32,000 nucleotides of DNA from Horticoccus luteus (GTDB taxonomy: Bacteria > Verrucomicrobiota > Verrucomicrobiia > Opitutales > Opitutaceae). Location: assembly GCF_019464535.1 (NCBI RefSeq), contig NZ_CP080507.1, positions 390,001-422,000 on the forward strand. Reading direction: 5' to 3'. The translations under genes were made by a program, and so were the position numbers. Of the stretch, positions 8,003 to 17,169 are shown piece by piece; position 1 is the first letter of the stretch, and each line of letters opens with the position of its first letter. The notes beneath the pieces are model-generated. The model saw nothing but the letters and a program-made list of their open reading frames with translations. It ran no database searches and was not told the origin of the DNA.

Positions 8003-8250
8003 GCGGGAGAAGTGGCGGGGCGGAGGCGGCGAGTGAAGCTGAATCCGCAGCGGGTGCGGGCCGGCGGCGCGCGCGCGGACAGCGAGGCGCGAGCGGCGGG
8101 GCGCGACGAATTGCACCCGAGGCCGATATTTTTATGGAAAAGCGCGGCGAGTGTGCGTTATTCCGTCTGCTGTTTCGTCTATTAAATGTGAACGCTTCCT
8201 CTGTGCCCCCTTCCGCTGCGCGGCGAATTTCCGCGAGCCACTGAACGCTG
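8003..8250. promoter_or_regulatory. Divergent argJ / argB-argD intergenic control region
   Basis: 248-bp spacer between divergent arg genes. It contains a conspicuously AT-rich patch (about 8121-8190: GATATTTTTATGGAAAAG … TCTATTAAATGTGAAC). I could not define clean -35/-10 hexamers or a recognisable ARG box. Confidence 0.4.
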
Positions 8251-9132
8251 ATGAACGTCGCTGAAGTCACCGCCAAGGCGGAGGTCCTGCTCGAGGCCCT
8301 GCCTTACATCCAGGATTTTCGTGGTTCCACTTTCGTCGTGAAATACGGCGGGAGTTTCATGGACGATCCCGACCCGACGATGCGCACGCGCGTGGCGGCG
8401 GACATCGCGTTTTTCGCCGCCTGCGGCATCAACGTCGTCGTGGTGCACGGCGGGGGCAAGGCGATCACGCGCGCGATGGAGGCATCGGGATTGAAGGCGA
8501 ATTTCGTGAACGGCCTGCGCGTGACCGACGAGGCAACGGTGGCCGTCGTGAAAAAGACCCTCGACGAAATCGTCAACCGCGACGTGTGCGAAGCGATGAG
8601 CTCCGCGAACGCGAAGCCGAAGGGCTTGCCTGGCGACACGGTGCTGGTGTGCGAGAAGCTGGTCCTCGATGACGAGGGCAACGCGATCGATCTCGGATAC
8701 GTGGGCGACGTGACGGAGGTGAAGGTGAAGCTGATCAAAAAGGAAATTGCGGACGGCTTTGTCCCCGTGATTTCGCCGGTCGCGGAGGGCTATGATGGGA
8801 AACCTTACAACGTGAATGCCGACCTCGTGGCCGGGCGGGTGGCGAGCGCGCTGCGGGCGCGGCGGCTCGTTTACATGAGCGATGTGCCAGGCTTGCTGGC
8901 GAACCCGGCCGACGCGGCGTCGCTGATTTCCACGTTGAAGATCAGCCAGGTGGAAGAGCTGAAAAAGAAGGGCGTGATCGACAAGGGTATGCGCCCGAAA
9001 GTGGCGAGCGCCGTCCGCGCACTGGAGGAAGGCGTGCAACGCGTGCACTTCATCGACGGACGTTTGTCGCATTCGCTGCTGCTGGAAATTTTCACCGACA
9101 AGGGCATCGGCACGGAAATCGTGCAGGGTTGA
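8251..9132 (+). CDS. argB: Acetylglutamate kinase
   Basis: VVKYGGS and VVVHGGG motifs of the amino-acid kinase fold. About 25 residues ([25 protein letters not shown]) precede the first strand, resembling the N-terminal helix of arginine-sensitive hexameric NAGKs. Confidence 0.95.
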   Translation: MNVAEVTAKAEVLLEALPYIQDFRGSTFVVKYGGSFMDDPDPTMRTRVAADIAFFAACGINVVVVHGGGKAITRAMEASGLKANFVNGLRVTDEATVAVVKKTLDEIVNRDVCEAMSSANAKPKGLPGDTVLVCEKLVLDDEGNAIDLGYVGDVTEVKVKLIKKEIADGFVPVISPVAEGYDGKPYNVNADLVAGRVASALRARRLVYMSDVPGLLANPADAASLISTLKISQVEELKKKGVIDKGMRPKVASAVRALEEGVQRVHFIDGRLSHSLLLEIFTDKGIGTEIVQG

Positions 9133-9171
9133 ACCTTGCCGCCGGCCGCAGGGTCGGAGGCTGTTTTTCAG

Positions 9172-10416
9172 ATGAACGACCAGACCATCGTCCGCACCAG
9201 CACCGCCGCGCTTTACGACGCGCACGTGTTAAAGAACTACGCCCGCGCTGCCGTGACGCTCGTCCGCGGACGAGGGGCGCAAGTGTGGGATGACCAGGGT
9301 AAGAGCTACCTCGATTTCACATCTGGAATCGCGGTGAGTGCGCTCGGGCATTGTCACCCGCACTGGGTCGCAGCGGTGCAGCGGCAGGCCGGCGAGCTCA
9401 TTCACACGAGCAACCTGTTTCGCAATCCGAACCAAGCGGAACTCGCGCGGCGGCTGATTGGCTACGCGGGGCCGGGTCGGGTGTTTTTCTGCAACAGCGG
9501 CACGGAGGCGAACGAAGCGCTGATCAAGCTCGCGCGGTTGCACGGCATGCAAAAGGCCGGCGGCGTGGAGGGGCAGTGTTACAAAGTGATTTGCGCGAAG
9601 AGCGCGTTTCACGGCCGCACGTTCGGCGGGATGAGCGCCACTCCGCAGGAGAAGATTCAGAAAGGCTTTCGGCCGCTGGTGCCGGGCTTTGTGTTTGGCG
9701 AACTCAACAACCTCCAGAGTTTCGCCGAGTTGATCGATGCCGACACGGCGGCGATCTTCGTCGAGACAATCCAGGGCGAGGGCGGCGTGCATGCGTGCAC
9801 GAGCGAATTTCTCATCGGGCTGCGGCGGCTGTGCGACCAGCACAACCTGTTGTTGATGCTCGACGAGGTGCAATGCGGGATCGGACGCACCGGCACGTTT
9901 TACGCGTTTGAGCAGGCGGGAATTCATCCCGACGCAATCGGCATGGCGAAGGGCTTGGGCGGCGGTTTTCCGATCGGAGCAATGTGGGTGCGCGAAAACG
10001 CGGCGGATCTTTTTCACCCGGGCATGCACGGCACGACGTTTGGCGGCACGCCGCTGGCATGCGCGGCGGCGCTCGCGGTGCTCGACGTGATCGAGAAGGA
10101 AAAGCTGCTGGCGCACGTGACTCGCGAGAGCGGCCCGTGGCATGCGGCGTTGCGGAAAATGGCGGCGGACTTTCCCGCGCACCTCAGCGGCGTGCGCGCG
10201 AGCGGATTTCTAGTGGGCGTGCAACTGACGTCGGACCCGGGCCCGTATGTGGCGGCACTGCGCGAGCACGGGTTGTTGGTGCCGTCGGCAGGGGGCAATG
10301 TCATGCGGCTGCTGCCGCCGTTGAACGCGACTGCGGCGGAGCTGGCGCGGTGCGTGGAGATTTTCCGCGGCGTGCTGGCCAGCGGTGCGATCGCTGTGCC
10401 GGTGGCGAAGGCGTGA
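9172..10416 (+). CDS. argD: Acetylornithine aminotransferase
   Basis: Class-III aminotransferase motifs: SGIAVSALGHCHP, DEVQCGIGRTG, and the PLP-lysine context GMAKGLGGGFPIGA. The ATG at 9172 gives the typical N-terminal length. The TTG at 9136 in the ORF track is less likely. Confidence 0.93.
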   Translation: MNDQTIVRTSTAALYDAHVLKNYARAAVTLVRGRGAQVWDDQGKSYLDFTSGIAVSALGHCHPHWVAAVQRQAGELIHTSNLFRNPNQAELARRLIGYAGPGRVFFCNSGTEANEALIKLARLHGMQKAGGVEGQCYKVICAKSAFHGRTFGGMSATPQEKIQKGFRPLVPGFVFGELNNLQSFAELIDADTAAIFVETIQGEGGVHACTSEFLIGLRRLCDQHNLLLMLDEVQCGIGRTGTFYAFEQAGIHPDAIGMAKGLGGGFPIGAMWVRENAADLFHPGMHGTTFGGTPLACAAALAVLDVIEKEKLLAHVTRESGPWHAALRKMAADFPAHLSGVRASGFLVGVQLTSDPGPYVAALREHGLLVPSAGGNVMRLLPPLNATAAELARCVEIFRGVLASGAIAVPVAKA

Positions 10417-10432
10417 GCCGCGGCGGCGGGCG

Positions 10433-11218
10433 TTAACCTTGGGCGGCGGGCGCCGATCGGTGGCGGCGCACCTGCCACAGGATCCCGATCACCATGCACG
10501 CCAGAATCGTGAGGGAGGAAACGATGCGGCCGAGGCCGAGGCCGCCTTCGTCGTGGGACTTCGTGAGCGTGTCGCCGAGGGTGGCGCCGAGCGGGCGCGT
10601 GAGAATGTAAGCGGCCCAAAAGAGCACCGCGGCAGGGATTTTTTTCAGGGTGAAATGGGCGATCGCGACGAGCGCGATCAGTCCGCCGAAGACCAGCGCA
10701 CCGCGCTCGAAGCCGAGTCCCGTATCGCTCGCGACGAAATCACCCAAGGCGGTGCCCAGCGTGTTGGAGGCGAGGATGGTCACCCAATAAAATATCTCCT
10801 CTTTGCGCGTGGTGATGCGTTCAAATTCGATTCGGCCGACGCTGCGATGCCAGATGAACAGCAACACGAGGACGACCGTCAGCAGCAGCAGCGAGGACTT
10901 CACGTAACCGAGCCCGAGCGTGCGATCCATGTAATCCGACATCGTCGTGCCCACCGTGGTCGTGGCCACGACGACCGCCCAGTAGAACGCGGGGTGGTAA
11001 CGACGCGCCGAAACCTGTGCGGTGAGCGTGACGGCGAAAAAAGCGAGAAAGATGAGGCTGCTCACGGCGTAACCGAGTTGCAGGGTCATTGAGAACGCAT
11101 CGCCGCCGGTTTCGCCGACCGTGGTCGCGAGGATTTTGATGAGCCAGAATCCCAGGGTGATCTGCGGCACCTTGCTCACGAGGTTCGCAAGCGGCGATGG
11201 GCGGGGAAGAGTGGTCAT
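10433..11218 (-). CDS. Polytopic membrane protein with a 4-fold internal repeat (family not confidently recognised, possibly COG4705-like)
   Basis: There are four copies of a hydrophobic FW/YW-x7-T/P-V/L-G-x3-G/S-D unit: ITLGFWLIKILATTVGETGGD, PAFYWAVVVATTTVGTTMSD, EIFYWVTILASNTLGTALGD and AVLFWAAYILTRPLGATLGD. I chose the ATG at 11218. A GTG at 11335 would add a 39-aa Pro/Ser-rich N-terminus. Confidence 0.7.
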   Translation of the reverse strand: MTTLPRPSPLANLVSKVPQITLGFWLIKILATTVGETGGDAFSMTLQLGYAVSSLIFLAFFAVTLTAQVSARRYHPAFYWAVVVATTTVGTTMSDYMDRTLGLGYVKSSLLLLTVVLVLLFIWHRSVGRIEFERITTRKEEIFYWVTILASNTLGTALGDFVASDTGLGFERGALVFGGLIALVAIAHFTLKKIPAAVLFWAAYILTRPLGATLGDTLTKSHDEGGLGLGRIVSSLTILACMVIGILWQVRRHRSAPAAQG

Positions 11219-11471
11219 CGGAGGAGGAGAAGGACTGACTGCGCGGGCGGGAGGTGAGTTCAGACTGGGAGAGTTCGAAGGCGGGAGCGAGGCGGAAGCG
11301 GACTTGAGGGGCGGCTCCGGGTGGGTGGCGGACACCGGTCGTTGAAACAGAGGCGCATGGGATGGAGCGGCGGACGGGGGACGAGGTGCGGGTCGGCGCG
11401 GCGGTGAAAAGGGGCTCCAACACGACCCGCCGGAATTCGGCTCGCATCGCGTCCGAGCTCGGGCTCAGTTA

Positions 11472-13262
11472 ATGGCGATCTCCATGCAAGTCACGTTTGT
11501 CCGCCGCCGGTCCCATCATCGTCGCCGTCGTCGCATCATCGCCGCGGCCATTGGCGTGGTCGTAATCGCCGCGGTGATTTTGTTGCGTGAACCGGTGACG
11601 CGGGTGCTGGCGCGGTGGCGGGCGCATCGGGCGCTGACCCAAGCGCAGGGTTTTATTGCGCAGAAGGATTTGGGCAATGCGTTCCTCGCGTTGCAGGTGG
11701 CCGCGCAGGCGAACCCGGGGGACCGGGCGGCGCTGCGGATGGCGGCCGATGTATTGGAGAGCGCGGGTTCGAATCAGGCGGTGCGGGTGCGGCAGCAGGT
11801 GGCCAACGGCCACTCGGCACCGTTGAAGGACCGGCTGGCGTTGGTGGCGACGGCGTTGCGGTTCAACGATCTGATCGTCGCGGAAAGCGGGCTGGCTAAT
11901 TTTTCTCCTGCCGAGCGGGGGATGCCGGACTTTCTCAAGCTCGCAACGGCCGTAAATTTTTCGCTCAAGCGCAGCGATGTCGCGGAGGGGTATCTTGATC
12001 AGTTGCTGGCGTTGGAGCCGGACAATGAGCAGATGAAATTCAATCGGGCGGTGCTGCGCATGCGGCACGCGAACCGCTCGATCGCGGATGAGGCCAAAGA
12101 ACAGTTGACCCGGATAGCGGCCAAGGCCGGCCCTTACCAAGCGGGCGCCTTGCGCGAGTTGGCGCGCGATGCGGCGGCGCGACGTCAGCCGGAGGAGGCG
12201 CTGGAGTGGGGCAGCCGACTGGTCGCTCTCCCTACGGCCACCTTCGATGATCAACTTTTCCGGATCAATCTGCTGCGGCTGGCGGCGAAAGATAACGCCA
12301 CGCTCGTGGCGGCCGAACAGGCGCTCGGGGCGCGCGCGGCGCGTTCCGCGGAGGAAGCGGCGCAGTTTGCCAATTGGTTGAACGTGCAAGGGCGAGCGGA
12401 CGAGGCGCGCCGGTGGTTGCGGGGATTACCGAGCGCGATCCGGCAGGATGCACGGGTCAAATCGGCCGAAGCGGATGTGCTGGTGGTTTTGAAAGACTGG
12501 ACGGCGCTGGGTGAATTGTTGCAGCAAGGCGCGTGGGGCGAGGTTTCGCCGGAGATTATCCGGCTCGCGCTGTCGGCTCGCACGTTGGCGGACCGCCAGC
12601 GCAACGAGCTGCGGCAGGGAGTCTGGCAGGAGGCGCTCACGCTCGCCAAGGCGGATCCGGTCGCACTGCGCGTGCTACTCCGGCTGACGATCTATTGGCA
12701 TTGGGCGCAGGAGGAGGAGGACACGTTGTATGTGTTCGCGCGGGGGTTCCCCAATGAATCGTGGACCCTCGCGAGCCTCGTGTCGTCGGCGTATGCGCGC
12801 AAAGACACGGAGGCGTTGAAGAAGGCTTATTCGTTGTGGCACGTGAACCAGCCGAACAACCAAAAGGTCACCGGCGACTGGGCGATGTTGATGTTGCTCA
12901 CCGAGCCGGGCACGGCGGAGACGAAAGCGAGTGACGCGGCGAAAGAACTGGCGGCGGCGGAACCGAATAATCCCTTTTTCGTGACCGCGCAGGCATATGC
13001 GCTTTATCAACGAAACCAGCTGAAGGCAGCGTTGGATTTGATGGAGCGACTATCGCCGAGTGATCTCAACGTGCCGGGCCGGGCGTTGTATTTCGGGTTG
13101 ATGCTCGCGGCGGATGGGCAGCTCGCGCGGGCCGATGGTTATCTGAAATTGGCCGCGAAGGCGGATTTGCTGCCGGAAGAACGCGATTTACTGGTGACGG
13201 CCCAAGCGCTGGTGTCGGGAGCGCCGAAACCAATGAAGCCAGCGGCGACGCGAAAATCCTAG
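11472..13262 (+). CDS. Membrane-anchored TPR-repeat protein (exosortase-system-associated candidate)
   Basis: The N-terminus is a basic stretch followed by a TM segment (RRRSHHRRRRRIIAAAIGVVVIAAVILL). The remaining ~550 aa are helical A/L-rich repeats with TPR-like periodicity. Only 9 nt separate its stop from the exosortase start. Confidence 0.75.
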   Translation: MAISMQVTFVRRRSHHRRRRRIIAAAIGVVVIAAVILLREPVTRVLARWRAHRALTQAQGFIAQKDLGNAFLALQVAAQANPGDRAALRMAADVLESAGSNQAVRVRQQVANGHSAPLKDRLALVATALRFNDLIVAESGLANFSPAERGMPDFLKLATAVNFSLKRSDVAEGYLDQLLALEPDNEQMKFNRAVLRMRHANRSIADEAKEQLTRIAAKAGPYQAGALRELARDAAARRQPEEALEWGSRLVALPTATFDDQLFRINLLRLAAKDNATLVAAEQALGARAARSAEEAAQFANWLNVQGRADEARRWLRGLPSAIRQDARVKSAEADVLVVLKDWTALGELLQQGAWGEVSPEIIRLALSARTLADRQRNELRQGVWQEALTLAKADPVALRVLLRLTIYWHWAQEEEDTLYVFARGFPNESWTLASLVSSAYARKDTEALKKAYSLWHVNQPNNQKVTGDWAMLMLLTEPGTAETKASDAAKELAAAEPNNPFFVTAQAYALYQRNQLKAALDLMERLSPSDLNVPGRALYFGLMLAADGQLARADGYLKLAAKADLLPEERDLLVTAQALVSGAPKPMKPAATRKS

Positions 13263-13271
13263 CACCGGCGA

Positions 13272-14891
13272 ATGACGACCGAGCGGAGGGCGACTGGGTC
13301 AGCCACACGCGGGATGACGGCAACGCCGGGCCTTCGGTGGCCCACCGCTAGCATCGTGCTGCTTGGCGCGCTGGTCTTGCTGTGGGTGGGCGGCGTGTGG
13401 CGATTGCAAATGGTTTGGTCGCACGTGCCGGATTACGCGTTCGGGTGGGCGGTGCCGGTGCTGGCGGCGTTTTTGCTGTGGGAACGGTGGCCGGACCGGC
13501 CGGACGCCAGCGAAACACGGACGAGCGGATGGTGGTGGGCGGCGCTGGCGGGGACGCTCTTGGTGTTGGGATTTACGCGGCTGTTGCTCGAACCATTTCC
13601 CGCATGGCCGATGATGCTGTGGCTGTTCACCGGGGCGCTGGTGGCAGTGACGTTGTTGTTGCTGGCGTGTCAGCGAGGCGGGCGAACGGCGCGGCACTTC
13701 GCGTTTCCGGCGGCGTTTATTGCGACGGCGCTCCCGTGGCCGGCCGTACTCAATACGCACCTGATCGCGCCGTTGCGGGAGACGCTCGCAGGGGCGGTGG
13801 CGCAAGCGGTGAACTTGCTCGGCTATCCCGCGATCGCGCATGGCACGGTGATCGAAGTGGGGCACGGTTTCATCGGTGTGGAGGAAGCATGCAGCGGAAT
13901 CCGCTCGTTGCAGGCGGCGATCATGGTGGCGCTGTTTTTAGGAGAATTGAACCGCTTCGCGTGGCGGCGGCGGCTGGCGATCCTGGGGATAGGCGTGGGA
14001 CTGGCGCTCGGGAGCAATGGCGCCCGCACGCTGTTTCTGGCGTGGGAAAGCGCGGTGCATGGTCCGACCGCGGTAGCGGAGTGGCACGACCCGGCGGGTT
14101 ATGCGTTGCTGGTGGTTTGCCTGGGCGGACTGGTGGCGGTCGGCTGGTGGTGGCGCAAATATGCGGGCAAGGTCGCGGTGCGGACCCGCCGTGTCCAGGC
14201 ACCGGCAGCATGGCGGGGGCGCCGCTCGACACAAATGGCGTGGGTGGCCATCGCGGCATGCAGCGTCATCGAGGGTGGCACGCAGGCGTGGTATGCGCGC
14301 GGCGACCTTGCGGCTGATGCAGTGATGCAGTTGACAGCGAATCTTCCGGCGGACGCGGAGGGGTTTCAGGAAGATCCGTTCGACGCAACGATGCAGGCGT
14401 TACTGTTGTGCGACGCGCATGAAGTCGGGCACTGGAATACCCGCGACGGACACGCCCGGGCTGGTTACGTGCTGGAGTGGTGGAGCGGTCAGAGCGCGCG
14501 TTTCGCCACGGCGCTGCACAATCCGACGGTATGCCTGCCGATGAGCGGCAAGGCGCTCGAACGCGCGCGAGGCATCGTGCCGCTGACCGTCGGGGGAGTC
14601 GCACTGCCGTTCCAAGCGTATGTTTTCAGCAGCGAGCGCGGGCCAATGCGCGTTTATTATCTGCAATGGGACGTGCGCGCGGGAGAATCGTTTGCGACGC
14701 GCACGGGGAGCGATGGGCCGACGAGCTGGTTGGCGCAGCAATGGCAGGACGTGCGGCGGGCGCGGCGCAACTTTCAAGCAATGGTGATCGGTCTCGCCGT
14801 GTGGGGCGCGCGCGACGATCGGGCGGCGGACCGCGCGTTGGAGCGCGAGTTGCCGGCGATCATTACGGTGCGCGCGGTGCCGGCGAATTAA
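13272..14891 (+). CDS. Exosortase fused to a C-terminal EpsI-family domain
   Basis: The N-terminal ~300 aa are polytopic and carry the exosortase catalytic motifs: VEEACSGIRSLQ (Cys207) and NGARTLFLAW. After an extra TM segment, residues ~330-539 carry the EpsI-like HNPTVCLPMSG motif. Confidence 0.85.
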   Translation: MTTERRATGSATRGMTATPGLRWPTASIVLLGALVLLWVGGVWRLQMVWSHVPDYAFGWAVPVLAAFLLWERWPDRPDASETRTSGWWWAALAGTLLVLGFTRLLLEPFPAWPMMLWLFTGALVAVTLLLLACQRGGRTARHFAFPAAFIATALPWPAVLNTHLIAPLRETLAGAVAQAVNLLGYPAIAHGTVIEVGHGFIGVEEACSGIRSLQAAIMVALFLGELNRFAWRRRLAILGIGVGLALGSNGARTLFLAWESAVHGPTAVAEWHDPAGYALLVVCLGGLVAVGWWWRKYAGKVAVRTRRVQAPAAWRGRRSTQMAWVAIAACSVIEGGTQAWYARGDLAADAVMQLTANLPADAEGFQEDPFDATMQALLLCDAHEVGHWNTRDGHARAGYVLEWWSGQSARFATALHNPTVCLPMSGKALERARGIVPLTVGGVALPFQAYVFSSERGPMRVYYLQWDVRAGESFATRTGSDGPTSWLAQQWQDVRRARRNFQAMVIGLAVWGARDDRAADRALERELPAIITVRAVPAN

Positions 14892-14914
14892 AAATCGCCC
14901 GGCGTCGGTCGTGG

Positions 14915-17080
14915 TTATTCCGCCGCGAGCAGCGCGGAGTTTGCCGCGAGGCGGGCGCGCTGACGGTGGCGAAGGACGAGGAGCAGGCCGCAGACGCCGG
15001 CGCCAATCATCGCGTAAGTCGACGGCTCCGGCACGGGAGCAAAACTGGCGTAATTGAGGATCAGGTTGGTGCCGTCGTTGATGAGGCTCCACGTGCCACT
15101 GTAGTTGGCGATGTTGCCAATGCCGGAGAGATCGAGATTGAAGCCGCCGAGGTTGAAGCTCGTGCCGCCAATGGCGTAGGTGCCATCGACAAAGCCGACA
15201 ATACCACCGACGGCGCTCGCGATGGTCCAGTTGTAGTTGCCGGAGTCGGTGAAACCATCGATCAGGCCCCCGGTGCCGATAGAGTTGATGGTAAGATTAA
15301 AGCCGTCCGAAGGCAGTTGCAGGCTGCCGGAGATGTTCAAGGTGTCGTTATCCGTGCCGGCGACGCCACCGGTGCTGAGCAACTGGATCGCGTAGTTCGC
15401 GCCGGAACTGACCCAGACGTCGCTGCCGAAATTGAGCGTGCCGATATCCGCGCCGCCGGTCGTGCCGGGAGTGATGGTGGAGCCGGAGTTGAAGAACGCG
15501 CCGCCGTCGGTGGTGAGTGTGCCGTTGCCGCTCAAGCTGCCGCCGCTAAAGGTGGCGGTGGCGCCGCCGAGGGTGGCGCCCGCGGCGATGTCGGTATTGC
15601 CGCTCGACTGAGCGTAGGTGGCACCGTTAGTGGCTTGGAGCACGCCGGAGGTCACGGCGACGTTGCCGGTGTTGACGAAGGCGACTTCGTCGAGGGTGTT
15701 GGTGCCGGCGGAGGTCTTGTTGAACTGGCCGTCGTTGGTGAACGTGCCCGGGCCGGTGATGCCGCTGCCGTCGTGGGCCATGTTGAACGTGCCCGTGGAG
15801 GTATTCGTAAAACCGCTCGTCGAGTTCGTGATGACGTTCTTGTTGGCGTCGAGCGTGGTCGTGGCGTTGGCGTAAGTATTGGAGTTGCTGGCGTTGGACG
15901 CGTCGTAATGGCCTTTGATCGCGAGGTTGTTGTTAAAATTGACCGTGGTGTCGGTGCTCGTGTTGGTCGCACTGCCGTCCCACGTCGCGGCGCCGTTGAC
16001 GTTCACGGTGCCGCCGGAGCTGTTGAAGCCACCGACTTCGCCGAGAAACGTGACGGTATTGTCGATAGAGTTCGTGCCGTTGAAGGCGACATGTGAGTTG
16101 GCTTGGAAGGAGGTCACTCCACCGCCGGAGATGCCAGTGGTGCCTTCGAAGGTGGCGTTGCCGCTGTTGAATTTGATCTCCCCGGCATTTGAAATCGTGG
16201 AGCCGGCCTGAGCAACGAACTCGGCATCGTTTGTCCAGTTGGCGCCACTTTGCACGGTGATCGCGCCCCCGGATTTGTTGGTGACGGTGGCGAGAAGGGT
16301 GTTGAGCTGATTGCCTGTCTGGGTGTTCGTTACCGTGATGGCGCCGGAGTTGCTGACGTTGGAGTTGAGCTGGAGGATGCCATCGTCGACGCGGATGGTG
16401 CCGCCGCTTTGGTTTGTGACGCCCACCTTAATATCGGATGTGCCGCCGCCAATTTTGGTGAGGAGCGCGCCGCTCTTGTTAAACAAAGAACCGGTGTTCA
16501 GCTCGCTCGTGCCGGAAACATAATAGATGGCGCCATTGTTATTGTTCGTCGTGGCGCCGGAGAGCGTCACCGTGCCGGTTTGCGTCGTGGTGCCGTTGTT
16601 GTAAAACGTGCGCGCGAGGGTGGCGCCATTGTTGAGGTTGGCGGTAGCTCCAGCGGCGACGGTGACGGAGCCGTTTGCGGTGAAGCTGCTGAACGCGTTC
16701 ATCGTCAGATTGCCGCCGGCCTGAATGTTGACGGTGTTGACCTGCAGCGATGCGGCATTGCTGAGGCTGGTGCCGGTGAGCGTGAGCGTGCCGCCAAGAT
16801 TGAGAGTGCGATTGGTGGCGACGTCGGTCAGCGAGGCACCGCTGCTGATGGCAAGCAAAGAGAGATCGTGGACGGTGGTGGTTGAGCCGACGTTGAAAGC
16901 GATGTTGAAGTCCTGAATGACCACGTTGGAGGTGTTGGTCGGGACGCCATTATCCCACGTGCCCGAACTCGTCCAGTTACCGCTGGTTGTCGCCGAGACG
17001 GCGGGGGTGGCGCGGAGGACGGCAACGCTCATCAAGGTGAGAGTGGACGCGACAATATAGGGTAAAGAGCGCATATTCAT
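14915..17080 (-). CDS. PEP-CTERM-anchored surface protein with N/T/G/S-rich beta-helix-like (autotransporter-associated beta-strand-like) repeats
   Basis: Signal peptide MNMRSLPYIVASTLTLMSVAVLRATPAVSA, with ATG at 17080. About 650 aa are almost devoid of K/R/E and dominated by N, T, G and S in short beta-strand-like repeats. There is a C-terminal PEP-CTERM sorting signal. The ORF-track start at 17299 would overlap the argF upstream region and is rejected. Confidence 0.85.
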   Translation of the reverse strand: MNMRSLPYIVASTLTLMSVAVLRATPAVSATTSGNWTSSGTWDNGVPTNTSNVVIQDFNIAFNVGSTTTVHDLSLLAISSGASLTDVATNRTLNLGGTLTLTGTSLSNAASLQVNTVNIQAGGNLTMNAFSSFTANGSVTVAAGATANLNNGATLARTFYNNGTTTQTGTVTLSGATTNNNNGAIYYVSGTSELNTGSLFNKSGALLTKIGGGTSDIKVGVTNQSGGTIRVDDGILQLNSNVSNSGAITVTNTQTGNQLNTLLATVTNKSGGAITVQSGANWTNDAEFVAQAGSTISNAGEIKFNSGNATFEGTTGISGGGVTSFQANSHVAFNGTNSIDNTVTFLGEVGGFNSSGGTVNVNGAATWDGSATNTSTDTTVNFNNNLAIKGHYDASNASNSNTYANATTTLDANKNVITNSTSGFTNTSTGTFNMAHDGSGITGPGTFTNDGQFNKTSAGTNTLDEVAFVNTGNVAVTSGVLQATNGATYAQSSGNTDIAAGATLGGATATFSGGSLSGNGTLTTDGGAFFNSGSTITPGTTGGADIGTLNFGSDVWVSSGANYAIQLLSTGGVAGTDNDTLNISGSLQLPSDGFNLTINSIGTGGLIDGFTDSGNYNWTIASAVGGIVGFVDGTYAIGGTSFNLGGFNLDLSGIGNIANYSGTWSLINDGTNLILNYASFAPVPEPSTYAMIGAGVCGLLLVLRHRQRARLAANSALLAAE
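14918..15034 (-). other. PEP-CTERM sorting signal
   Basis: VPEPSTYAMIGAGVCGLLLVLRHRQR has the PEP motif, a TM helix and a basic cluster. It is followed by an unusual 13-residue tail, ARLAANSALLAAE. Confidence 0.85.
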
Positions 17081-17104
17081 GGAGTGGGCGACGGGGCGAT
17101 GGGT

Positions 17105-17120
17105 TAGGGTGATAACCCTA
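17105..17120. promoter_or_regulatory. Inverted repeat TAGGGTgataACCCTA
   Basis: 6-bp arms with a 4-nt spacer, 25-40 nt upstream of the PEP-CTERM gene ATG (17080) in the divergent spacer shared with argF. Confidence 0.3.
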
Positions 17121-17159
17121 CATCTGCAAGATTTTTTTCGGAAATCGCCGGAACATAAG

Positions 17160-17169
17160 TGTGCGCACA
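17160..17169. promoter_or_regulatory. 10-bp perfect palindrome TGTGCGCACA
   Basis: It lies in the 246-bp divergent PEP-CTERM/argF spacer, 80 nt from the PEP-CTERM gene ATG and about 160 nt from the argF ATG. It is immediately followed by a second TGCGCA. Confidence 0.3.

Noticed and set aside
8003-8250. Search for ARG-box-like operators (TGAAT-AT-rich-ATTCA type) in arg upstream regions
   Set aside because: Only loose fragments were found (CTGAATCCGCAG here, GGATTCTG upstream of argC). There is no palindromic 18-mer, so no ArgR operator can be claimed.
8182-10182. 347-aa (8182-9225) and 317-aa (9229-10182) minus-strand ORFs
   Set aside because: They are antisense to argB and argD respectively. 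Both are shadow ORFs.
14477-16096. 539-aa plus-strand ORF overlapping the exosortase end and the PEP-CTERM gene
   Set aside because: It is antisense to the PEP-CTERM protein, which has a signal peptide and sorting signal on the minus strand. It is a Gly/Ala/Arg/Val-rich mirror of the N/T/G-rich repeats.
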